A DNA stretch of 64,000 nucleotides, from contig OW569355.1 in NCBI GenBank assembly GCA_937625935.1, forward strand, positions 372,001 to 436,000, read 5' to 3'. Source of the DNA: Tetramitus jugosus (lineage: Eukaryota > Protista > Heterolobosea). Of the stretch, positions 33,105 to 41,924 are shown piece after piece; position 1 is the first letter of the stretch, and every line of letters begins with the position of its first letter. The notes below the pieces were generated by a model that was not told the DNA's origin, did no database searches, and saw only the letters and a program-made list of their open reading frames with translations. Made by a program: the position numbers and the translations under genes.

Positions 33105-33294
33105 AAGAGATATTTCACATCCAACGACTCTTCTGAGTTAAAAAATCTGTGGCCTGCTTGCGAACTCTGCACACGAACTGATGACATCATGAAGTTCACA
33201 CCATGGTTTAATTTCAGCCATCGAAAATTTATTCTTCCTCTGCGAACAGCAACACAACAAAAGCATTCCAGCACAAACAACATACAGAAACATC

Positions 33295-33828
33295 ATGTTT
33301 TCAGGTTGGTTCGGAGGACAACAGCAGCAAGCAACATCAACGAGCAGTAGCAGTTCTGCTGCAGCCATTCCCGGTGTTCATGAAACCATCATGATCGACA
33401 GTACAATGGAACAAGCCATGAAAGTGATCACAGACTACGATTCGTACACGGAGTTTCTGAAGAACTTGGATGAGGTCAAGGTTGTGCACAGGAGTGACGA
33501 TGGAAAAGTTTGTGACGTCAAATGGAAGGTCACTGTCACAGTCAAGACTGTGACGTATACGCTGCGATTGACAGAGAATGCAGCTGGTGATGGAATCACG
33601 TGGGAAGTCTCGCCAGACGATAGCGGACCCTTTTCAAAAAATATTGGCGGTTGGCGATTGAAAACTGTAGATGTCGACGGTGAGAAGAAAGTCGAGGCCA
33701 CTTATTACATGGACGTTGATTTCAATGTGTGGCTGCCTGGATTCTTGAAAGATATGTTGCTGGGCAAGTCGTTGCCTGAAACCATGAATGCATTCAAGAA
33801 GAGAATCGAAGAGCACGCTGCTCAGTAA
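33295..33828 (+). CDS. START/SRPBCC polyketide-cyclase-like lipid-binding protein (COQ10/RatA superfamily)
   Basis: VITDYDSYTEFL, YTL, FSKNIGGWRL, ATY and SLPETMNAFKKRIE follow the Polyketide_cyc domain pattern. Confidence 0.85.
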   Translation: MFSGWFGGQQQQATSTSSSSSAAAIPGVHETIMIDSTMEQAMKVITDYDSYTEFLKNLDEVKVVHRSDDGKVCDVKWKVTVTVKTVTYTLRLTENAAGDGITWEVSPDDSGPFSKNIGGWRLKTVDVDGEKKVEATYYMDVDFNVWLPGFLKDMLLGKSLPETMNAFKKRIEEHAAQ

Positions 33829-33860
33829 CTACGACTCAGCCTGTAAATAATTATACATTT

Positions 33861-36098
33861 TTATTGTTTGCTTAGTGTTTTCTCAATTTCTAACATCTGG
33901 AGTCTCTCCTCCAAAAACATGCACCTCTCCCTAAACTTCTCTAGTTTTCTTTCGTTGGTTGTCCGTTCTACTTCCAGTAATCTCTTTAGTTCTTCCATCT
34001 TTACTTCATATGTTCGTTGAATTACCTTCACTTCGTTTGTTGCATTCATGAGCTTTTTCTCGAATGCTTCCCGCATCATTCCTAGCTCTTGATTGAGAAT
34101 ATTGTTCTCATGATGTCCTAGCACGTCGATAAATGCTTCGAGATTAAACATATGTTTGGGCATGGTTTCCAGAAGAGTTTTGTATTCATTGTTTCGATCT
34201 TGTAACTTTGCAATGTACTCATCCTTGTCTGTAATCATATTCTCCTTATGTTCATATTTGTACAGAAGATCTTGATACTTACTTGTGAGTATCTCAAACT
34301 CCTTTTCTCGAGAGATGGAGTGCTTTTCGGATTCATTTGCCTTTTGCTCCAACAATTTCAATGATTTCTCTCGAGATGATTGCTTAGTGCTCCTCAGTTC
34401 ATTTTCGAGGTCAAATCCTCTTTGTTTCTCGTGTTGTAATTCTTCAGTTACTTTCTTGTACTGCTCCTTCAGAGAGTTTAGTTCCTGGTGTATTTTCTTG
34501 TATCTTTCCTCTGCTATGGCTAATGTGGATTGGAGCTGCCTCATTCTCTGAAAGCTGGCTTCGTCTTCTCTCTGTACGGTAGCTAACTTAATCAACTGTT
34601 CTTTTATAATGAAGTACTCAGACTCCATTACCTTCAAACGTGACAGTTCCTCTTCGATCGATCTATTCTCTTTCGAATAGGTCATATTCTTGTCTTTAAT
34701 GTTGATAATCTGCTGCTGAAGCTTCACTTTTTGAGACTCCATAAGCTTAATCTGATCCTTCAATTGATCCACTAATGCCTTTAACTTCTCGTTCTCTTCG
34801 GCTATGAACGCTGATTCATGATTGAGCTGTTGCTGATTTCGCTCTGACAGACAATCATTGATTTGTATCTGTAGTTCATCTATCTGTTGTCGTTGTTTAT
34901 CTATTGAAAGGTTCAATTTGTTTTCTTCTTCTCGATAGGTGCCGATAGTTCTTGTCAATTCAACTATTTTGTCATTGAGGTTATTAATATCGGATGTTTG
35001 TTTCTCGTTCTGTTTCTTGGCCTGTTCGTAATACCTTTGTAATTCATTGAACTCATAAGCATTTCTCATATCTTCACTCTTCTTCACATTCTTCAGCTCT
35101 AACTGAAGTTCTGCTATCTGCCTCTTCAATGCGGTGCACTCTTGGGTTGTGAGATCAATATTCTTCTGAGCACCCAGGAGTTCTGACGACTGTTTCTCTA
35201 TCAATCTCGCACTTAGATCCAATGACTCGGCATATTCATCCCATTGGAGCTTCAACGCTCGATTATGTTTAGATATCTCTTCATCTAACGGGTTGCTCAA
35301 ATCTGTTTGAATAGATTGTTCGGTGCTTGAAGAAGTGAGTATCTCGCATTGGACTCCCTGCGAAGTAGCTTCTCTCGTGACTTGCGGGATCGGTACACTC
35401 CTATTCATATCAGTATCCTTATTAGGCTTCTTGTAATTCCTTACTGAAGCGATACTTAAGATATTTCCTATGTTTTGACTAAACTGTATGAATGGCTGAA
35501 TATAGGATAAGGAAGAGCTGGTGGTGTTAAAGGTCTCCTGATTAGAAAGAGTGTTCTTCGTAATAGATTCAGTCTGTCTCAGCAAAATACTCTGAAGATT
35601 TACAAGTTCCTCCAATAGAATTTCCAACAGTGATACCTTGGTCTGCAAGCTCTTGGTTTCGTTGGTGAAGAAGATCGTGGATTGGGAAAGAGAAAGGAGT
35701 GGACTCATTGACCTCGTCCTCTTTCTCTCTAGGGTCTGATCATCTCGTAAGATATCATCCACTTTCTTTTGTAACACCAATATATCTGATTTCAGAACGG
35801 ATACATAGGCAGCATCACTCAGGCTAGAAGATTCATTTCGGTGAATTGATGCACTGCTTCCAGATGTTGTCGATGTGTTGGATGTATTAGACATGGAGAT
35901 CTTGTTCACCACTGACAGTCCGTTTGCTGATGAATTCACCCGCATGAGGCCTGTCTTCTTGTTAGGGTTAGATGTATAGCTCGAACAGGATGACTTGGGT
36001 CGAGCATTGTTCAATGGAAGAGCCTGTTCTCCACCGCTCATCTTTCTCCTGAGAATTGTTGTCGCGACTCCTTGATTCGAGGTCCATTGTTGATTCAT
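33861..36098 (-). CDS. Long coiled-coil protein of unknown function
   Basis: Ser-rich N-terminus followed by about 450 aa of heptad-rich E/K/Q/L sequence. First ATG 36098; the frame is open to 36233. Confidence 0.75.
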   Translation of the reverse strand: MNQQWTSNQGVATTILRRKMSGGEQALPLNNARPKSSCSSYTSNPNKKTGLMRVNSSANGLSVVNKISMSNTSNTSTTSGSSASIHRNESSSLSDAAYVSVLKSDILVLQKKVDDILRDDQTLERKRTRSMSPLLSLSQSTIFFTNETKSLQTKVSLLEILLEELVNLQSILLRQTESITKNTLSNQETFNTTSSSLSYIQPFIQFSQNIGNILSIASVRNYKKPNKDTDMNRSVPIPQVTREATSQGVQCEILTSSSTEQSIQTDLSNPLDEEISKHNRALKLQWDEYAESLDLSARLIEKQSSELLGAQKNIDLTTQECTALKRQIAELQLELKNVKKSEDMRNAYEFNELQRYYEQAKKQNEKQTSDINNLNDKIVELTRTIGTYREEENKLNLSIDKQRQQIDELQIQINDCLSERNQQQLNHESAFIAEENEKLKALVDQLKDQIKLMESQKVKLQQQIINIKDKNMTYSKENRSIEEELSRLKVMESEYFIIKEQLIKLATVQREDEASFQRMRQLQSTLAIAEERYKKIHQELNSLKEQYKKVTEELQHEKQRGFDLENELRSTKQSSREKSLKLLEQKANESEKHSISREKEFEILTSKYQDLLYKYEHKENMITDKDEYIAKLQDRNNEYKTLLETMPKHMFNLEAFIDVLGHHENNILNQELGMMREAFEKKLMNATNEVKVIQRTYEVKMEELKRLLEVERTTNERKLEKFRERCMFLEERLQMLEIEKTLSKQ

Positions 36099-36252
36099 GT
36101 CGTGTCCTGCTTCGTTTGGCAACAGAAACCAATTCTCTGAACTATTTTCTTCATAGAGTTTCCGAAAGGAAGAACTCTTTGATGACCTTCTCAACGTTTC
36201 TGTAGTTGAACAACAAAAAGGCGCAGCGCTCAAAATTGAATCCGACGTTTTA

Positions 36253-37674
36253 TTAGTTTGCGCTGGTTTTCAAGGCAATGTATTCTCTGGCCAATTGTTT
36301 CACATGTTCTTGACCATCTTCTGATTGTTGATCCTTCTCGAACCGCAGATAACGCTTCAAGAAACCTTGCATCTTCTTGGTTGACAAGTTCAAGTGAACA
36401 ACGCGCTCATAGAGGTTACGCACCTGATCCATTCTCTCGGCATTCATCTCTGCATCAATGTACATGGACCAAATGTCTGTTCTCTTTGGATAATTGGACA
36501 CGAGTTGCTCAAAAATCTGATGACCATCAATCACGGAACCACTCTTGTAATGTATCAGAGCAAACTTTGAAATGGCCTTCAAGTGCTTGTGCTTTGGTAA
36601 ATTCTTGAGTGCACGCTCCAAAATCTCATTTGCTCTCTTGTACTGCTTCAACTCAACAAGGTATTGTTGATAAGCTTCATACGGTCTCCTGCTCTTGAAA
36701 AACTTTTTCATCATCTTCTTGTACGTGTCATGAGCTCTCTCCTCTTCCCCATTCTGCTCATGAATCTTTGCCTGTTGAAGATAGACATCCTTTGCTTCAC
36801 AGTACTGAACAGCTCTGTTAAACACTTTTCTTTGCGACTCTTCATCACCAAACTTGCTCTCCAAATTCATGAGCGCAGCAAAAATGTTAAACTTTTCTTG
36901 ATCTTCCTTGAAATGAATCTTCTTGAGTGCTCTCTCGGCAATGCTTCTCGCTGCTTCAATATCTGTATTGGCCAACTTGAATGCCATGAATTGAATCCAC
37001 AAGAAGGAATTGTTGGGAGATCCGGCCAATAGTCTCTCATAGTCATTGTCAGTCTCTGGCAACACATTTTGCATTGTCAATTCCTTTTCTCTCTCTGCAA
37101 TCAAGTGTTCATTGTGTCGCTTCTGTTGAGCCTTTAATATCTTGTTCTTGTGCTTGTCTCCTTCTTCTTCTTCATTATTGTCATTGTCTTCTTGATCGGA
37201 ATCATTGTCACTATCATCAGAATCATCGTGATTATTGTGTGACGACGATGTGTGGTTCTTCTCTTTGGCTATAATGTGATCAAAGGCAGACCATGAAAAT
37301 TCACTATTGTTTGAGATTGGAACAGCAGTAGTGGCACTGCTTGTGTCTTCTTCTTCATCTTTGTTGACGCTCTTCCTTTCTTCATTCTTCTTGTTGTTCT
37401 TATTATCGTTATTCTTCTTCTTTTGTTGCTTGGTCGATTGCTTGTTTTGTTGTTGTTGTTGAGTGTTTGAAAGCTTTTGCTTCTTGTTTTGAGTAGTTTG
37501 TTCGGATGATTTCTGTTGTTGCTGTTGTGGTTCATCAACTGTAGATCTGCTTCTCTTTTTGGCGGGAGATTTCGTTTCGGTTACAGAAGGATTATTATTG
37601 TTATCGGTTGTTGCATTTTGGTTCGTGGTCGTAGTTTCAGATGATGCATTCTTTCTCTTGTGTTTTCTGGCCAT
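36253..37674 (-). CDS. RRP5: RRP5/PDCD11 C-terminal HAT-TPR domain protein lacking S1 domains
   Basis: DYERLL..SPNNSFLWIQFMAF, ARSIAERAL..I.F.E..EK.NI, YPKRTDIWS.YID.E and KKM..F.KRYL.FE. The N-terminus is K/Q/N/D low complexity and NLS-like. Confidence 0.85.
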   Translation of the reverse strand: MARKHKRKNASSETTTTNQNATTDNNNNPSVTETKSPAKKRSRSTVDEPQQQQQKSSEQTTQNKKQKLSNTQQQQQNKQSTKQQKKKNNDNKNNKKNEERKSVNKDEEEDTSSATTAVPISNNSEFSWSAFDHIIAKEKNHTSSSHNNHDDSDDSDNDSDQEDNDNNEEEEGDKHKNKILKAQQKRHNEHLIAEREKELTMQNVLPETDNDYERLLAGSPNNSFLWIQFMAFKLANTDIEAARSIAERALKKIHFKEDQEKFNIFAALMNLESKFGDEESQRKVFNRAVQYCEAKDVYLQQAKIHEQNGEEERAHDTYKKMMKKFFKSRRPYEAYQQYLVELKQYKRANEILERALKNLPKHKHLKAISKFALIHYKSGSVIDGHQIFEQLVSNYPKRTDIWSMYIDAEMNAERMDQVRNLYERVVHLNLSTKKMQGFLKRYLRFEKDQQSEDGQEHVKQLAREYIALKTSAN

Positions 37675-37892
37675 TTTTACTCAAGTCCTTTGTTTGTTTT
37701 GCGATGATATGATTTTGTTGGGTGTTCAATTTTCTCACTTCAATATTTTCATGCAAGCATCAATGAATAAAAAAGCAAAAAAGTGTGGGCGGGATTCATT
37801 TTTTGAGACTGTTGATTGTCACATGTAGGAGAAAATGTGTGGAACGGCGTGAAAAAACAAACAAACAATAAGAGATAAGAATAATAAAAAGA

Positions 37893-38748
37893 ATGGCCTC
37901 AACAACCACCACATCAGCTGATGCTGCTGCAGCACAACCAATTTCTCATCCATTGCAAACCAAGTGGACTTTTTGGTATGACAAAAAGGTACTTGAGCTT
38001 GACCCTGCACAACAAGCAACCACTTATCGTGAACATTTGAAGAAGGTGGGCACTTTTGAGACTGTTGAACAGTTCGCCAAATATTATGCATTCTTGGAGA
38101 GACCATCCTCATTGCAAAAGAACTCAAACTATCACTTGTTTAGACATGAGATTGTGCCAATGGTAACGTAATCATCAATTCTGCTATTCTATATTTGTGC
38201 TTTTTTGCGCGCCAAAATGATTGCGCGCCATCTTTCTACAATACAATTTGGAAATGTGTGAGAAACAAAACAGAGAAAGCTAACACAATTAAACACACTC
38301 CTCATTATATTTCATCTATGATCTACGAAACAAACAGTGGGAGAGCTATCCTCAAGGTGGTTGCTGGATGGTGAAGATCAAGAAGAATCCAGGTCTATTG
38401 GACAGACTTTGGGAACAGTTGATCTTGTCTGCTATTTGCGAGCTTTTTGACGAACCAAACGTTGTTGGTGTCGTTCTCAGCATTAGAACCAAGGAAGATG
38501 TGTTGAGCGTGTGGAATCGTGATAGCTCTAACCAAAGAGCCAAGTTGGCCATTGGTGAGAAGGTGAAGCAAATTTTGCACTTGGGCCCAAGATCCATCAT
38601 TCAATACAAGCACAACAAGTTGAGCATCAAGGACGGAAGCACCTTTAGAAATGCTCGCTTGTTCATGATTGAAGAAGAACAAAAGGCAAGTGCTGAATCT
38701 GTCAATGGCAACGAAAAGGAAGCTACTGCTGCAGTGGAAGTCAAGTAA
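37893..38748 (+). CDS. EIF4E2: Class II eIF4E (4EHP/nCBP-like) cap-binding protein
   Basis: Intron 38163-38337 rebuilds IVPM|WE. HPLQTKWTFWY, Tyr at the W56 position (TYREHL), RPSSL, YHLFR, GGCW, RLWEQLIL and EDVLSVWN. Confidence 0.9.
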
Positions 38749-38876
38749 AGTGTACGTACGCTTGATCCATCTAGTCGTTCTAAACAGAAAAATGTTAATA
38801 AATACAATAACGCGTCAACAATTAAGTCAACCTGATCTTTTGAATGAACCTACCATGTTATGTTGTTTATTGTATT

Positions 38877-41312
38877 TTATAATTCTTCCCGCCATACTTT
38901 GACAGTAAGGTCACGAGAGGCAGTGACTAGACAACTACGATTGAAATCCAAATCGTTCACATGAGATGCATGACCCAGGAATTGTTTGACCGGTGATTTT
39001 GTTTTCATGTCGTACATTACGGGTCCAAGGAGTCCTTTAGCGCCAAAAATTAATTTGTCGTGATGGAATCGCAGGCATGTGACTGTTTGATTCGTATTTA
39101 ACATTGGTTCTTTGATGTCATATGATGTAGAGCGAGGTCTTTGAGAGTTGATACCACTAAGGCCACTGAACCCACTGAGATCACTAGAGCGACTCGACAG
39201 CGAAGACAGACTGTTACGCCTCGACATGTCATAATCGGGTTCTTGATCCTGATACGGTCCCAATGGTAGCGAATCTAACAGAGCACCCATCCTCAAGTCA
39301 AATATCTTGATCATTCCATCGCACCGTCCTCCACTCACTAACCTTTGTTCATCAAAGTGAAGTGCACTGACTCCACGGTGATGACCAAAGAAGCGTCTCA
39401 CGCACCTACCACTTCGAATATCCCATAGTTTAATCTCTGACTCACAACCTCCACCGCTTGCAAGTGCATACGTGTAGAATTGCAGCGTCTTCACATAGCT
39501 CTTGTGACCCACCATTGTGCTCACGCACTTACCCGTTCCTATATCCCATAATTTGATCTCTCGGTCGACTGATCCACTAATAACAGCAGAAAGATCAGCC
39601 TGAACACACGTAACTCCACCGTTATGACCCTCCAGTATCCCCTTTTGCTTTAGACCTTCGCGCACAGGGGCCACATATGACACATCTCCAATCTCATCCC
39701 CATCATCATCATTCCATGAGCCATCTAAATGATCCGACTCTAGCGCATACAGATGAATATTCTTATCGCCTCCTCCCGTTACAACATAATGTCCATCAGG
39801 ATCACTCGCTACGCACCTCACCCATCCATTGTGTGCTCGAACCTTGAGCTCTGGTTTGTTGACCTTATCGCTCGAAATGTCCCATATGTGAATATATCCA
39901 TCGGATGAACCGGAAATGACCTTGGACGAAGGCAGTAGCGTCACTGACAACAAATCATACCTCTTTTTTGTTAATATACCATTCTTGTTTGTGCTCGTTA
40001 TCACTGCACTATTCGTCACAGATGATGACGATGCTTCCAGTTCTCTTCGATTTGGAGATGACAATGTGCCTGCTGTTGAAATCTCAATCTGTAGTGCATT
40101 TTGTTTCAATGTTGTGGAAGCTTCACGGCTATGCTGCAGTTGTTTCTGCCGTGCCAAAGTCTTTAATTCATTCGAATGATGATCCAATGTTAAATCACAA
40201 GTGTCAATCAAGCCTGCAGACGCCGCTGCAGCAGCCATTGCATTCGTCATTCCATTTCCATACAACAGTGCAGCAAATCGATCCATCATCATTCCCTTAT
40301 TATTATTATTATTACTATTCGTATTCATATTGTTGTTGTTGTTGTTGTTATTACTCGTGTGATGATGATGATGATGTCGCTTACTCAACATGTTGTTTGT
40401 AAATTGTGGATGAGAAGAATAAAACGACGGTAACGAAGGTCTTCTCCTAGTATTATTAGTATTCTCTGACAATAATGTATCATCACTCGCAACACTACTA
40501 CGATCATCACCACCACCACCACCACTACTGCTACTGCTACTACTATTACTATTGCTTCTACTTCGATCATTATGATGCAACGAAAACATTGTTTCTCCCG
40601 GATGAAACGATTCATGATTGTTATTACTATTGTGATACACATCATTTGTTGACTGTTGTTGACTATGATGATTTTTTCGTTTTCGATTCGTTTCAATCTT
40701 CATTCTCACTCGTTCCAACTCTTGCACAGTTTGACTCTGTTTCCGATCCATTTGTTCCACTTCCATTTGCAACTCCATTTTTTTACTTTGAATCAATTGG
40801 ATCAAATCATCTAGTTCGCAAATGTGACACTCGATTTGATTCTTGTGTTGCATGAGACGAACATTTTCTTGTTCGAGAGCTTCTCGTTCTTTTTGCGTAT
40901 CGACAAATACGTAGCGCAATGATGATGAGGAAAGAGGTGGAGATGATGAATAAATTTGTTGTTGTTGTTGTTGTTGTGAGAGACTGTGATGATGATGATG
41001 ATGTTGATGCAGAGGAGGAGGAGGAGAGTAATTATTGCTGTTATTGTTATTGGTATTGTTGTTGTAATAGTGATGAGAATGTTGTGAATGAGGTTGATGA
41101 GTGTTGTTGTTGTTGTTGTTGGTCATGGATGTCGTAGTCACTTGAATATCATGATCAATTCGCTCATACATTTCATAAAATGGTTGTGTTGTCATTGTTG
41201 TTGGTTCAGGAGTCAAAATGTGATGTTGCTGTTGTGGTTGTTGTAGTTGTGGAGAGGAGGAGTGATGACGATGATATGGAAAATAGTCATCACTGTTGTG
41301 TATGATGCTCAT
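38877..41312 (-). CDS. WD40 protein with N/Q/H-rich N-terminus and coiled coil (Mdv1/Caf4-like architecture)
   Basis: Low-complexity N-terminus, coiled coil at about aa 138-212, and at least seven WD repeats (SGSVDREIKLWD, LQFYTYALASG, GH..GVSALHFDEQRLVSG). Confidence 0.85.
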   Translation of the reverse strand: MSIIHNSDDYFPYHRHHSSSPQLQQPQQQHHILTPEPTTMTTQPFYEMYERIDHDIQVTTTSMTNNNNNNTHQPHSQHSHHYYNNNTNNNNSNNYSPPPPLHQHHHHHHSLSQQQQQQQIYSSSPPLSSSSLRYVFVDTQKEREALEQENVRLMQHKNQIECHICELDDLIQLIQSKKMELQMEVEQMDRKQSQTVQELERVRMKIETNRKRKNHHSQQQSTNDVYHNSNNNHESFHPGETMFSLHHNDRSRSNSNSSSSSSSGGGGGDDRSSVASDDTLLSENTNNTRRRPSLPSFYSSHPQFTNNMLSKRHHHHHHTSNNNNNNNNMNTNSNNNNNKGMMMDRFAALLYGNGMTNAMAAAAASAGLIDTCDLTLDHHSNELKTLARQKQLQHSREASTTLKQNALQIEISTAGTLSSPNRRELEASSSSVTNSAVITSTNKNGILTKKRYDLLSVTLLPSSKVISGSSDGYIHIWDISSDKVNKPELKVRAHNGWVRCVASDPDGHYVVTGGGDKNIHLYALESDHLDGSWNDDDGDEIGDVSYVAPVREGLKQKGILEGHNGGVTCVQADLSAVISGSVDREIKLWDIGTGKCVSTMVGHKSYVKTLQFYTYALASGGGCESEIKLWDIRSGRCVRRFFGHHRGVSALHFDEQRLVSGGRCDGMIKIFDLRMGALLDSLPLGPYQDQEPDYDMSRRNSLSSLSSRSSDLSGFSGLSGINSQRPRSTSYDIKEPMLNTNQTVTCLRFHHDKLIFGAKGLLGPVMYDMKTKSPVKQFLGHASHVNDLDFNRSCLVTASRDLTVKVWREEL
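40290..41120. repeat. Coding trinucleotide microsatellites (TTG/TTA/TGA/CAC/CTA runs) encoding poly-N/Q/H/G/S
   Basis: Directly visible runs such as TTATTATTATTATTA, TGTTGTTGTTGTTGTTG, GATGATGATGATG and CACCACCACCACC. Similar runs occur at 42280-42900 and 44821-44844. Confidence 0.9.
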
Positions 41313-41379
41313 CTTTGCGAAGTATGAATTGCTTCTTTGGTGGAAAAGTTATTTTTGAGACACATCAGGAACAAAAAAA

Positions 41380-41387
41380 GCGGGAAA
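41380..41387 (-). promoter_or_regulatory. E2F-type site (TTTCCCGC on the minus strand) upstream of the WD40 gene
   Basis: GCGGGAAA on the plus strand, 68 nt upstream of ATG 41312. Confidence 0.35.
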
Positions 41388-41453
41388 CGAAACAGCTGAA
41401 GGACGATGACAAACGGCAGTGATTTACATGGCCAGAGGTCTTGTTGTTACGAG

Positions 41454-41861
41454 TTAGCGAGTGGTCATTCCAAATAGAGCTGTTGAATTGGATTCACAGT
41501 GGTCAACTACTTTTTGAATAAAAGAATGATCTCGTTTTCTGTCATGCCAAGTCAGTGTTCGAAGTTTCTTCATCCAGAGTAATGCTTCCTCTGTGATTGA
41601 TTCTTGGTCGCATTCATTCATTGTAAGTGTGTGAATACTAGCCAAATGAGGAAAAGCATTGTCTGTGATTTGCTTGCAACCAGACATGTTGAGTGTATGA
41701 ATGCCAGTCAAATGACGAGATGCATCGTCTGTGATATGTTTGCAACAACTCATAACGAGCGTGTGAATACCAACCAAATGTGAAATTGCACTACAGATTA
41801 CAGATTCTGGCAATAATCCATCCGGAGTGTGTGGATACCAGTCAAATGATGGAATGCACAT
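41454..41861 (-). CDS. Short LRR protein or gene fragment (GIHTLxMSxCxxITD.A..HL repeats)
   Basis: About 3.5 tandem 22-aa LRRs. Unusually short, with no convincing N-terminus, so it may be a pseudogene. Confidence 0.55.
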   Translation of the reverse strand: MCIPSFDWYPHTPDGLLPESVICSAISHLVGIHTLVMSCCKHITDDASRHLTGIHTLNMSGCKQITDNAFPHLASIHTLTMNECDQESITEEALLWMKKLRTLTWHDRKRDHSFIQKVVDHCESNSTALFGMTTR

Positions 41862-41924
41862 CCATGAATTTTCTTAGTGTTCTCGGCTCAACAAGATAAA
41901 AACATTTCTTTTTTGTTTTGCTGT

